Of a stretch of 64,000 bases of DNA, positions 1 to 12,718 are shown piece after piece (position 1 is the stretch's first letter; each line of letters opens with the position of its first letter). This DNA comes from Moniliella sp. 'wahieum' (lineage: Eukaryota). Made by a program: the position numbers and the translations under genes. The DNA is taken from positions 1,054,001 to 1,118,000 of the forward strand of contig RSEE01000006.1 in NCBI GenBank assembly GCA_003971905.1. The letters are read 5' to 3'. The notes beneath the pieces were generated by a model. That model saw only the letters and a program-made list of their open reading frames with translations, was not told where the DNA came from and did no database searches.

Positions 1-1843
1 GGGTTTCTTGCTGCTGCGGGGTTTGAGATCGGCGAGCCATTCAGGGTGGCCGCGTTGAAAGCGCGGGTGGGCAAAGCAATTGTGCGGGCCATAGAGCGTG
101 GCGGCGGTCAAACCCGGTGTCAAGCCACCGCGCTAGCCAAGGCAGCGGTGGCATCGGCGTGCCGCTGAGCTGCTAGCGCCGGGTCGGTTTCTTGTTCGGC
201 CTTGGCTTGGGTGAGCAGCACAGCTTCCGCGGCCGCTTTGGCCTTGGGCGCAGCCGCAGCAGCCAGCAGGTTCTTGCTCACTGCTAGGTCCACCTCGGCA
301 GGATCAAGAGGCCGGGTGGGGGAGATGCGTTGGAAAGCGTACAACTGCGAATGCAACGGTAAGGTCAGTAAGTACTGTGGGTTGCTTTGCGCGCTGTTGG
401 TTTCAGCACGACGGGGAAGGGGGACGGACATTAAGTTGTCGGACAAAGGAGGCAATGTTGTTGTGACGATAGAGGGTGGGAAGGACAAGGGAAGCGAACT
501 CGTTGCTGGTCGCCGTATCCGCCGGCATGAGGATCTTGTCGCCGGCATGAGACCAGGAGATGTACTTGTGATACAAGGCAGGCGTGTCAAGCATGTACCA
601 CAACTTGGTCACAAACGCTGCACAATTTGCATTGCCCATTTGGGACCGGATGGCATACGCGGCCTTGACGGCCGACGAGGCAGTGGGGGACTCTTGAAGG
701 GTAGGAGGATGGGGAGTCGGGTGCCCAGTGGTTGCTGGAATCTGGGGGGCAATGTGTCGGCCGGCAAATCGGTATCGGTTAGGCTGTCAACGGAGATGGA
801 ATCAGTATCGGCCTCCTTGTTGGGTACCCGCGGCGGGGCAAAGAAGGTAGCTGAGGCGGCTGAGGGGCCAAGAGCGCGAAGAGAACGGGACAAGGCCGAA
901 GGTCCAGGTGGGGAAAGGGTGGGGCCCCTGATGGTGTGAGCTGAGGTAGGTCCACTGCGGTTCCTGCGGTACCCAAGTGGCGCGAGGGATGTGTGTCCAT
1001 CCTCGGGCCTGTTGCCATCGTCGGGATGCGATATGCACACCGGCACCTCTTCATCTGTCTCATCGCCATCGGCGGAGAGGGTATAGGATGCCGATCCGTA
1101 CGAGCCGACGAGAATGCTGGCGGCAGCGGCAGCCTCGGCGTCTTCGGCTGTTAGCTCTGCAGCCGAGGGCGAGGAAGGGAAAGGGGTGGGGCGGGCATGG
1201 GAGGAGTAGCGGCGACCGGCCAAAGCAGACGAGTAGGGTGCCGAGTGAGCAAACGTATGGCGCGGTGTCTTTGCGGTGGATCCAGGACGGAGGAGGCGCA
1301 AGCGATCCACGCTCGAGGGGGCGATCCGAAGTGGGGAGCGTAGGCTGCGCGACAGGGTGAGGGAGGTGCGGCGCGGAACGGAAGAGGCAAGAGGTGTTCC
1401 GATGCTGGAGGCAAAGTGTGCATGGTCCGGCGACATGGACAGAGACAAGCGTGGCGGTCCGCCCGACACGGAAGCGAAGGCGGGCGCTGGAGCCAAGGCT
1501 AACGCCGACATGGCCAGAGTCGGGGGGGAGCGGGGAGGAAGGAGTGGCGCGCGTCGTCCGTGTCGTCATCGGCAGCAAAGAAGCCGTCGTGGTCGTCGGG
1601 CTCGATCTGCATGCCCTCCATGCCATACTCGAGTGCATCGACGTCGTTGCCGCGGAGGGCAGGTTTCGAAGCGGCGGCCGAGGGGGGCGGCGGCGGGACG
1701 GGGCGGGGGCGGGGGGAGCGGGCAAAGATGGGGAGGAGGGCGAGGGGAGGGGACGGGCGCAGGGGCAGGGCCGGTGCTGCCGGCGGGCGGCGGAGGGTGG
1801 GGAGGGGGATGGCGGCGCTGGCGGGGGGGCTGGTGGCGTCCAT
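1..1843 (-). CDS. HSF-type DNA-binding domain transcription factor (3' end runs off window; frameshifted; intron 345-429)
   Basis: AFVTKLWYML..KYISWSHAG..EFASLVLPTLYRHNNIASFVRQLN|LYAFQRI, with a GTCCGT..TACTGAC..CAG intron at 345-429. The domain C-terminus FAHPRFQRGHPEWLADLKPRSSKK lies at about 75-1. A Pro/Ser-rich N-terminus starts at ATG 1843 (MDATSPPAS) and is joined across frameshifts. Confidence 0.85.
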
Positions 1844-2406
1844 GGTGGGTGGGTGGTGGTGGAGGAGGAGGCGGGGCGAGCTGCTACGCGCGGCCAGCAA
1901 GGAGCACAGCACGCAACGCACGCAGGCCCAAGCGAGGCGCCCAGCAATGCATGTCACTTCTTCGTGCCACGTGATGCCGTGACGCGTGGCGGCCGTGCGC
2001 GCCACACTGGCCCGTGGGAGCACCCGGGGCAGGGGAGCGAGGAGCGCGCCGCGCCGCTGCGAGCCGTCGCTTATCCGTGTCCGATGCCTCCATCATCCAT
2101 TACGGATTACCCATTATCGATCATCGATTATCGCCGCGTCGCCAACCCTACGCACCCTACCCCCGGTCATCGACCACCTCCCCCCCCTCATCCACCCGCG
2201 CCCGTCTCTCCCCTCTCGGGACGAAATCGAGCAGAGTCGAGGACGACGATGGGACCGATGAGGACGCTGACGGTGGGCTATGTGCTGCCGCGGCCCCTCC
2301 CAAGTGTGCTAAGAGATGGTTTGCAGTCAAGTGACAGTCACTAGTCAGGGAGTCAGCTAGTCAGCCCTCAGGCCCCTGAGCCTCAGGCCACAGGCCAGTC
2401 AGGCAA

Positions 2407-2449
2407 TCGGATCCCCCTTCGGATCCCCCTCGGATCCCCACTCGGACCC
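2407..2449. repeat. Short tandem repeat TCGGATCCCC(C/A), 3-4 copies, upstream of the HSF gene
   Basis: tcggatccccct tcggatccccc tcggatccccac tcggaccc. Confidence 0.8.
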
Positions 2450-2639
2450 AACCCAGCCTTGCACGTCCTCCGGCCTCACATTCACACGGCCGACGCCCTC
2501 AGGCCTCGCATGCTCACATGTCACACACCGCACATGTCACACGCCGCCCCCCCGCTGGAGGTAATGCGGCCCGGCACGCCCCGGCCGCCGGTCCGCCCAG
2601 CCGAGGCGACGCGCCACAGCTGCCGCATTCCCATTCCCA

Positions 2640-5600
2640 CTCGCATTCACATTCATCCATCCCCCCCCGCCCGACACCGGCATAGTTGCCCGCCAGGCCG
2701 TACGCGCCGTTGCTCGCATACCCGTACCCCCCGTGCGGCAGCGGCACCGGCCCAACGTAGCTGTGGCTGTGGTGTGGCTGTGTCCGCTGTGGGCCGGGTG
2801 CGAGGGCGCGACGAGCGTGCCCGGGACAAGCGTGCCTGGTACGAGCACCATCCCCGTCGGCGCGACGCCGCGCTGGCGGTTGCGTTTGCGCTTGCGTTTG
2901 CGTTGGCACTTGCACTCGTGCCCGTCGGCGTGATAGATATGTGGCTCTGCACCGAATGGCCGTGGGAGGAGATGGAGGAAGGACGGGGGGACTGGGTTCG
3001 CGGGCGGGCGACGGGGCTGGAGCTGCGGACGCGGTACCCTTCGCCCGGCTGGCTCAGTAGACCCGAACCCGACGATCCTTGGCGGGCGGAACGACGGGCA
3101 TGGGGGGGTACATGTACCCCGTCCCGCCGCGCTCGACCGAGCCGGGGCCATTGCCATTGCCATTGCCATTGCCATTGCCGCCATTGCCGTTGCCGTTGCC
3201 TGCCTCCGGCCCCTGGGCAATCCCAGTCATGGAGGAAGACGAACGGAGTTGACGCAGGTTGGGCGAGGAGAGACCACCTGGTGCATGGTAACGATGCTGG
3301 CAGCCAAACTGGCGCCAGCACTGGGGGCCCGGCCGAAGAAGAGAAGGAGGGTGCCATGTCGGGGTGGCTGGGAGGGGCCAAGGAATGTCCGCCCCGGTCG
3401 ATTGCGACCCAGAGTGTGCATCGGCGGGAAAAGGGTGGGGAAGACAGGGCATAGCCGGTTTGGCCAGAAGGAACAAGAGGTGGGTACGTGGGTTGATTGT
3501 GTGGTTGGCTCGGGACAAGCGAACCGGTCGACTGGTGGCCGACAGAGCGCCCGTGTAGCTCCCCTCAGGCGAGGCAATCGTCTTGCCTCGTATCCTGCCC
3601 GCGTTCGAAACCGACCGTCCAAGACCAGCCCCGGGTGGCGGCAGGGCCAAAGTAGAGGAGGAAGCCATGGCCACATGGCAATGCCACCGGGAGCCAGATA
3701 CTTTTCGGCGCATTTACGCAACAAGTCGCGTGCACTGCCCGTGCCCGCTAGACTCAGCAGCTCGGCATCCTCCAACGGTGCCGTAAACTCCTTGGGGACA
3801 ACCCAGAACAGCTCTTGTTGTTGCAAAATGGTGAGCACCACATCGTTCGCCGGCAGCCGTCGAACGGTCCTCGGGCGCGTGGCAGAGCGCCGAGAGTACA
3901 ACAGATTGGGTCCCAGTACCGTAGCCAAATTGATCAAATCCATCCGCGAGCCCGATTCGCCATCAATCTTTTCGAAATTGGCCACCCACTTGATGAACGT
4001 AAACAGCTCTTCCATCGTGTCCCGGTGCGAGACAGGGAGGAGTAAGCTCACATACGCAGGGCCCGGATTCGCTCTTGACGGTTTTCCATCTCTTGCGCGG
4101 CCATGTAGAGCGGGTAGAGTCGGAACGTGAGCAACGGATCCGGCAGCTCACGCAGGAATCGCTTCAAGAGTGCTGCCAGCTGGACAACGTTGTCGTCGAG
4201 CATCGAGGACTTAAACGAGCCCCCCCGGTCCACTAGATCAGCAACCTCCTTCAGTTTACGAATGTTGCCGTTTTTACGGAAGATGCCCTCCACACTCGGG
4301 TCTGTCATAGTACACCATTGGTCAGCCAATCGGATCCGACCCATCAAAAAGAAGAGGACCACGTACCCAAATAACGCATCGCGACCATCAGTTCATCCAG
4401 CAACGTGGGGACCTTGAGGTTAACTTGAGTTGACGTCGACAAATCTCCGTGCCATGGTTGGTAATGAGCGTCGAGAGAGGTACGCCAAAGATGGCCCCAC
4501 CACCGCGCTTGTGGGTTGCTTTGGGCTTCTGGAAAAACTTGCCCCAAAAGTTGCCTTTGCGTGGCTCGGACGAATCCAGCAAAAGTCCTCTGAACCCAAG
4601 AACTCCTCTACGTTGACCTGCGCCCGCAGTTCGGGCGTGCACACACCGCTCGGGAACGATTCCTGCCCACTCGTCTTTTCCCCGGCAGGCCAGTCCAGCT
4701 TGGGATCCGCCCCGTCGCCAGAGAATGACTTGGCGAGTTTGCCCGTGGCGCGAGGGAAACGCCCGTGTCGGTAAGAAGGCAAGCAAGGGCCATGCACTTG
4801 ACGACCAACCGCTGCTCCGAAGAGAGCGCGGCAATGGCATATTCCCATCTTGTTCCGAAACCACATCCAGCTGGTTCGTCACATCGTCCAAATTCATCGG
4901 TGGCTCGGGTGGCTCGATCCCAATAGGATCCCCCATATGTCATCTTGGATCTGCACTTGCGTCGCGCGGCCCCAGCCGGGTGCATGGACTGTGCCTCCAT
5001 CGTGGGGGGCGGGGGAGGACCTTTTCGGTTCGATCGGTCGAGTAGGAACGATCGCCCATCCCCATTCCCGAGCCCGGAGACACGCTCCTTCGTCCCATAC
5101 CCGCACCAGGAGGGGAAAGCAGCTTCTCTCTGCCCTGGGCCGAGGGATTCGGGGACCGGTTTTGGCCAGGTGGAATAGGTTGGGAGAAGTAATCTCCACC
5201 AGCACCGGCCATCCCTGTAGAAGAGGGTTGAGGGCTGGGAAAGGCTTGTGGCGTTCCGGTTGCCACCCCCGTGGTTTTACCCGTGGGGCCCCCGATAACC
5301 GTGGAAATGTGAGGCACCTTGGCCTTCGAGTCGACCTTGCGATCCAGCGAGAGGTTCGAGCGGGCCGTGCGCCGGCGCACGTGGCCCTCCATGGAATTGA
5401 TTGATGTTGCACTTGTCGCAGTGGCTGATCGAGTCAACCCCCCTGTGTCCGGTGCAAGCAGCTGCTCACCTGTTGGCTGATGGGCTCCAACTTCTACTGC
5501 AGCTGGCTGGCAGCGGATCTGGGGTCAGTCAAAGAAGCGGAAGCCGGAGGCCAGTAGATCATTGCACGCCGTTCAGCTGTAAAAACAGACGTGTCAGGGC

Positions 5601-8600
5601 CACCCGGAGCAGAATGTGTACTGTTCCAGACGGTATGCGGACCACTCCACGGAAGTGGGCGCACCCGTGGCGTGTTCGCACTCGGCACACAACGGTACAT
5701 AGCTCATTCCGTGAGACGGCTTGGACGAAGACGAGCTACCCTGCCCTGTAGGAGCAGGGGGCAGGATGGTGTCCCCCCGGGACGCGGAGTGGGATCCGAA
5801 GGTGCGTGGGTTTAGATGTCCACCGCCGAGTCTCAACCCCAAACCGGTCTACTGGCCACGCCTCCGGGCGCCGTCAATCGACTTGGTGAAGGCGACGATA
5901 CGTAGCTCTGCTGACTGATCTGCGGTCGGCTGCGTTGAGGTCGGGCCTGCGGCGGATGAGGCGGAGCGCTCGCCTCTGTCTTTCTTGGGCACCCAGCCTG
6001 TAGTGGGACGGGTGCACTTCTCACAGCGGAAGCACGACAGATGCCAACGAGTCTTGTTGTTAGCGCAAAGCACTCCTCCTCCACCGTTTGGTGGCAAAAA
6101 GCGCATAGGTCTGTAGCTCCCGCTCCCGAGCGCGACTTGGAGGAGGAAGCCATACCGGTGTAGGACGCCAAGGAGCATCACGCGGAATGGTGGTGTAGCC
6201 ACAGCCAATGTCCTTACCCTCACTTTCCTTGGGGGGGACACCCGTCCCATTGCCCAGTTCTTCGAGGCAGACGAGCTGATCAAGGAATTGTCAAACACGG
6301 CTTTGTCGTTGAGGCGTACTGCACCCATGAGCGCAAGACGGATCAGCATCTTGAGATATTGGGCCATACCCGTGATAAGCGGGATCAGTTCTTGAGTCAA
6401 GGCGATAGGATTCCGAAGTGGGGCGTCGCAGCGGAACCCCCAGCGGCAGGGTTAGGCGACGAGGTCGCTGCATCTGAGGAGGGCGGGGGCGGGCGAGAGA
6501 GAATACTGAAAAAGTTGACAATTTTCTTACAAAGCATACGAGCCTCCCGTAGCGGGATCAGACCCGTAGGTTTCCTCGGCGCTTGAGAGTCGTCACCAGG
6601 GGCGGGTAGAGCGCGTGGGGCACCATCAGATGGCTGGTACGAAGTCCTGTCCTCGTCTTGAGACGGAGGATTAAGCTCGCGCGAGCGCTCGTCCAGCTTG
6701 TCAATGGCAGCAAAGAGCACCTCAACGTGGAAGACAATCTTATCAGCCATGTTAATCCCACCCAGAAAATTGCCTGCGGCAACCATACGCTGCATGTTGG
6801 AGATGCAAGAGGCCGACGACTCCTCGAACCCGGACAACACAGTCCAAACCCGCAACACCCGTTCTTCCATCGCCTTTTGCTTCGCTTTGAGTGACTCGGG
6901 TGTCTCGGACTTCTCCAGTTTGAGCGCTCGCTGCATTACTACAGGGTTCATGCCGAAATCAGCCATGTCCTTGGGTTCGTCTTCACTAGACGTAATTGCC
7001 AAGACCGTCCCATCAGCCGACTCTCCCTCAAGTTCGAGCTGGCCAGCCACAGGGGAATCTAGGCCGTTGGGCGAAAGCTTGACGTTCCAAAACTGTGAAG
7101 AAGGGGATCAGTATCGGTAAACTAGCCGCTGGGTGTGGGGAGAAGGGATTGAAGAGGGAAGGCGTACCTTGTTGATCATGTAGCACGGGGTGCCACGTCT
7201 CGGTGTGGCCATTACGGACAAACTCGACAAACTGGCGTAGAATGGCGGTCTTGCACCCCTCACAGGCCACAGCAAAGCGTGTCGAGTAGTGAAGTGACAG
7301 TAGACCTTCTTGTCATGCTCGTAGTAGGCATCACGCGGACCAAAGACAACATCGCACAGCGAGCAAGTAAAGTGTTCAATGTGGAACTTTTGGTTCAGGG
7401 CAGTGATGTAGGACCCGCAGAGCGTTGCCACATTTGGCACAATCAACGAAGTCGGCGGAAATAATCGCGCTCGCACAAGCATACCTCTCTCCCGTCTTGT
7501 TGTCCGGGTCGTTGGGAAGAACTTGGAAGCCACATTCACACCGCAGTCACGGCAACAAAAACAGTCATAGTGGTACACTGTACCTAGTGCCCGCACAAAC
7601 TGCCCGCTCATTCGCTTGCCACAGCCGGCACAGTGGGTCACCCGGCTCGAGTTTTTGGGGCGCGACTTGTTACGGGAGGGGTCGCGACGATCCTGATCGT
7701 CCCGGTCCTCGCGACGCTCCCCGGATGAACCATTCCCAGTAGCGTCGCCCGAGTTGGAAGGAGGGAGACGGGAGCCCGAGCCGCTTTGGTCGCCAGTACC
7801 GCGGCTTCCGGTGGGATAGAAAGGGTCGCGCGAGGGAGGATACCGTTGCTTGTCGAAACAACTTGAACGGGGGGAAGCGCATCCAGGGCAGTGGAGCAAC
7901 AATCACCCAGGTGGTGTGTGAATACCCTGGACGACCCTGCGGCCAGAGAGGGCCAGGGATCTGCCGAGCAAGTGCGGCACTCGTAGGCGCAGCGGGCCTC
8001 TGGACCAGGCATTGAGACGAGGACTCGCGCCTGTTCTCACGGCTGGACTCGGATCGCCTGGCGGGCGCTCTGGGAAATGAAGCGGGCTGATAGGATGGGA
8101 CGGAAAGGTGCATGGCTGCTCAATTTCAGGCGATGAAGTGGTGAGCATGGGCACCAAAAATGTCGAACGCCCCGACGCAAATCAGTACGGTAGCTCTCGG
8201 CTGACGAGCAGGGTCCAAGCCATGGATGGTAGGGGTAAAAGACGGGGAGGAGAGCGGATTGGAAGGCGCCATCGAGGTGGGCGGCGAAAGGGGGCGTGAG
8301 TGATTGGGGGTTGAGGTCGTTGCAGCTCCAAGGGAAGGGGGTTGGACATGGGGTACGTAGTGGGTGAAGAAGGATGGGAATCAGCGGAATAGAGGTCGCA
8401 CGTGAGGGGGTGGTAAAGCGACACGGATCGGAGGCTGGTGTCGGACGGCAGCGGGCTACTGACCCTGCCGTGTTCTCCCCCAGGCTGCTGCTTCGACGGG
8501 CAGCACGTGGGGCATAGTCGAACGAAGACGCCTCCGAAGCACTGCTGGCACGATCGGGAGTCATAGCGGGTGTGGGAATAGGGGTGGCGGAGGGAGACGA

Positions 8601-8988
8601 GGAAGAGGTGTGAGTGTAAGCGCTGCCCATGGAAGGAGCACGGCTATGAGGGTAGAACAGTTGGGCGACTGGCGGGGAAGCCGCAGGCACCGCCGAGGGG
8701 GGCACCGATGCAGAGAACGTGGATGTCCCCGATGGCATCGGGGCCGATCTCAGAGATGGAGGGAGCTGTTTGAGTGCGGAGCCAAGGCCACGCTCAAGCT
8801 GACGGAGTAGACGTGCGGTCGAGGACGTGTGTGGTGCGCCCAATGGAGGGGGCGGGGGCTTGGCGAGGGGCGGGGGGAGGGGCGACACGGACGGCTGAGA
8901 TTCTGGGGCGCATGACCAGAAGGTGCGCGGCGAACGTGGGGGTAGTGACGGCGACGTGGCCAGAGAAGATGGGTGCGGGCGTCGCCAT
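2640..8988 (-). CDS. LRG1: LIM-domain Rho GTPase-activating protein (LRG1/Rga1-like); multi-exon, frameshifted, ends approximate
   Basis: LIM motifs CAGCGKRMSGQFVRALGTVYHYDCFCCRDC, YITALNQKFHIEHFTCSLC..YYEHDKKVYCHF and CAFCHQTVEEEC..WHLSCFRCEKC. RhoGAP motifs VEGIFRKNGNIRKLKE, DDNVVQLAALLKRFLRELPDPLLT and MDLINLATVLGPNLL. Introns near 4304-4365 and 7093-7167. Confidence 0.9.
3148..3200. repeat. (CCATTG/CCGTTG)n hexamer repeat encoding Gly-Asn in the LRG1 C-terminus
   Basis: ccattg x5 followed by variants; minus frame reads GNGNGNGGNGNGNGNGNG. Confidence 0.8.
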
Positions 8989-11563
8989 GGCGCGGGAGGA
9001 AGGCAGGGAGCAGGAGCGCAAGGGTGAATGCGCCGGGGGCCAGGCGGCTGCGGCAGCGACGGCAGCGGCGGCAGGACGAAGCGGCTGGGCGGGAGCAGCA
9101 GAGCGGTAGCGGAAGCAGCACCAGAGCCAGAGCCAGAGCCAGAACCAAACCCAAACCCAGCACCAGCACCAGCACCAGCAGCGAGAGTGCGGATGAGAGG
9201 ATGGCAACGATGACGATGACGATGGCGGCGGCGGCGACGACAAGGTTGGCGAGGCTGCGTGGCTCGGCGCCGGCATCGCGCTCGGGCACCAGAGCAGAGG
9301 CCAGCACACCCCGCCGACGCTGGGCACACACGGCGCCGTGCTGCCCCGGAGCGCGCAGCGGCAGCTCAGCGTCCGCAGCGTGAGCGCCCTGAGCGCCCCT
9401 CTGGCGCCCCAGGCCTCCCTGCAGCGGCCCAGCCGAGGGGCGCAGGCCCACAGGCGAGCAAGGCGGAAGCACGCACGCTGATCACGCATGGCGCTTCCCC
9501 TGCATCTGGCACCCGCACTCGCTCGCACCCGTCGCTCGGGGAACGATCGATGATGATGCACGCCATATCACTCATCCACCTCTGCCGCAGCAGGGGGGCA
9601 GCCACCGCCTCGCCAGAGTCCTAGTGCCCCAGCAAACCGTCCCAGCCGCCGTTGGCTGCCCGCGCTCACTCAGCCTTGCTCAGCCGGAGCGCTGAGCCTC
9701 AGCTCAACTCAACCTTGAAGCTCTTGAAGCTTGAAGCTTGACGCTTGACGCTTCCAGCGCTGCCAGTACCTAGCAGTGCCTCTCCAGGACCCAGTGCGCC
9801 TCTCCGTCTACCGCCCCGTGCGCTTGTCCAACCTACAGCGTGGCCAGCGGAAGCGCCGCAGGGCGGAGCTGCCGCCTCCCGCCCTGCCGCTTTGCCCCGC
9901 CCCCCTACGCCGGCACGAGGCAGCCACCCGGTGCACGCCCGTCCGCCCCCAGTGCCCAAGTGCCCACCGGTGCACGGCGACGGTGTGGCTGCGCAACCCA
10001 GCGCAACCCCCCCTCTCAGATGCCCACGCGTCGGATGCCCGCCGCCTGCCGCGCATACGCCTGCCTGCAAGCGCCTGCAAGCTGCAAGGCCTGCATCGGC
10101 TAGGATCTAGCATGCGCCTGCCACAGCAGCTGCTCCCTGCAGCTCCCCCACCCAGCGCCGGGGCTGTGTCGGGGCAGGGCGCATGCACGGTGCATGGTGC
10201 ATGATGCATGATGAATGATCGCCACTGGGCCTCGTGCTGGCCGGTGGGGCGCTGCGATTGAATGCTGCTAGTGCAGCAGAACGCGCCTGCCGCTGCTATG
10301 GCGGGCATCATGTGCATCATGCATCATCGATCATCTAGCACCGGTGATGACCACTGTGCTTGTGGGGTGGGGGGGTGGTGCCTTGGGGCCTGCCTGGCTT
10401 GCGGCCGCAGCTGCGGCTGCTGCTGTTCTGTGATGGATCCGGCTCATCGATCATCTGCCCGTAGATCGTGCGCGGATCGTGGGGCACCCCAGGAGCTCCG
10501 CTACCCACTCTGAGATCTGACAGGGAAACAGGCTCGGATCGACGTGCGTCCCCTTGGCCAACGACCGGTAGGCGCGGGGCAGGCAAGTACAGCGGCCGCG
10601 TGCTGGAATCAGGACTCAGTCGGGGTACTCCGTCATCGATCATCCTTCTTCAACGTTCCACCTCTCGCCCCTGCCTCTCTCTCGGTTCACAGCGAGCAGT
10701 CTCCCGAGGGGACTAGCGTCGCTCGCCGAAGAGTGGCCTGCACAACAAAGCCTAGTAACCCATCTGTGCAACCGCCTTGGTGGCTTGCCGGGCGCCGTCG
10801 ATCTCATCCTCAATATCCATCTCGTCCTGTCGGGGCGGAAGTATCAAGGCACAACAGAGACGGAGTAATAAGTAGAAGCGCTGGATAGGAAAATGCGTAG
10901 GCAATGTATATCAGCCCAGCCCCCACGGAGGATCGGCGTCGCCTGGCATAGCCGAGGGGAAACGGGGAAGGATGGTATGAACGATGTTAACTGTTGCGTC
11001 CACCGCATCAGCACTGGGCGGTGACAGGTGAGATCTGAGCGGGGGAACGGTTGGTACATCTGTCGAATGGAGAATGCACATAAGCTGGCAGAGAAGCTGA
11101 TCAAGATGGTGCAATGGAATATGTGGGTAGGACTACAGTGCAAAAAAGGATAGAAATAGAACAGACAGAGGACAAGCCTGCCGATCGGTCGGCAGCTACA
11201 AGTGTGCTGGGGCCTTGTGGAGAATCGGCAGGGGTTTTTTTCGCGACCCCGCCCCTACTTGAGCCTGAGCCTGAGCCTGAGTCATCGGCCCACAACAACC
11301 CACAACCGCCTTGTGTGGGTCCCCGTTCCTAGCGGGAAGATAGAGGGGAACTCAGCCCAGGGAGGCCAAGTAGAGAACGCTGGTCGGACGGCGGAATGCA
11401 TGTGATGCAAAAACGATGGATGGCCCTTGGGCGTCTAGCAAGCAGTAAATTGGAGAGAAGCACCGGCTGCCCTGTTCCGGCCCGAGGCAGGGTGCAGTAT
11501 ATACCGACTCCCCACAGGCGCCGGAATAACGCGCAACGTGGGAAGCTCCTCAGGCCTCGGGAC

Positions 11564-12718
11564 TCAACGGTTCTGGTGAGCTCGTTGGTTGAGGCCAAAG
11601 CGGAAGCCTTCGTAGCACTGCAGATCGAACAGAGAAAAGGGGCACAAAAGGGGGAGGAGGGGTTAGCAAGATCAGATAACAGCAAGTGACATCGGGAAGA
11701 TGCACTATCATCCATGACGATATCACGCGCGGTCCAGTCCACGGCAGGGGGGCCAAGGGAACCAGCCAAGGGGGGGACATGGGACACGTACCAGCCAGCA
11801 AAGCGCATTGGAAGGCATGAACGTCAGCACGCGCGGGGTCAGTCCTCGAGCAAATCCCTTCAATCCATCGCGCGCATTGATGAGCCGGAACGCCTGCATC
11901 ATTCCCGAGGCACGGCGAATGTCGGGATCGGTGGATGTGCCCCGGGTTTGGAGCAACGTCTTGGCCACATCCAGAGGCGTGGTGAGCGCGGCAGCTACCC
12001 CGCCAGCAAACGCGCCCGACATGGCATGCGTCATCGGCGAGTAGGTACCGGTGGGATTGAGCACTTTCTTGGCCGACTCGTACGCAGAGAATTGGATCGC
12101 AGTAAATGGAACGGTCATGGTGAGGGTGGTGGGGTAGGACACGTAAAACGCGCGCACACCCTCCTTGGCGTAGATGGCGCTTGCACACGCCAGAATGGTT
12201 CGGTAGGTAGAGCCGTGCATTTGCATACGCTGCTTGATCACTGGAAAGACACGACAAAAGCGTTAGCGGTGTGGGTCTGGCCTCTCGGGAGTCAGCAGCG
12301 TACCATCAAACGGATTCATAAACGCGTCCGACACAATCGTGGCCGATGCGCCGGCGACAGCGGTAGACGCAAGATGAATGCCATCTTGGTTGCCGCCCGT
12401 CGCCTCCTTGACGGCTTCGTACGTGCCAAAGTAAAGGGCGTGGGCGGGGCCAGCACCGAGGATGACGCTCGACACACCCCGCCACAGGGTTCGAGCCCCC
12501 TCGAGCGTGGAGATGCGGGTGAACGCCTCCCCTATGCCGGAATAGGTCGCAGCAGGGGACGCTGCAATGACCTGCATACGAGTGCGAACCAAGTCGACCG
12601 GAAACATGCATGCGTGCTCAGCAATGCCCGCTGCGGCACCAGCGATCATGTTGATGTGGTAGGGAACATGGTCTCCCAGCCCCTCGTAGTCGACCTCAGT
12701 CTCCGAGAGGACAGACAT
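11564..12718 (-). CDS. MRS3: Mitochondrial iron carrier (mitoferrin, MRS3/MRS4 family), 3 exons
   Basis: EVDYEGL..NMIAGAAAGIAEHACMFPVDLVRTRMQV; LWRGVSSVILGAGPAHALYFGTYE; FYVSYPTTLTMTVPFTAIQFSAYE; TTPLDVAKTLLQTRG. Introns about 12242-12303 and 11618-11791. Last exon reads CYEGFRFGLNQRAHQNR*. Confidence 0.95.

Noticed and set aside
9660..10450. Clusters of AAGCTT, ATCGAT, ATGCAT, AGATCT and ACTAGT sites as cloning polylinker or vector contamination
   Set aside because: They recur in degenerate form in most promoters and are by-products of the TCA + palindrome heptamers.
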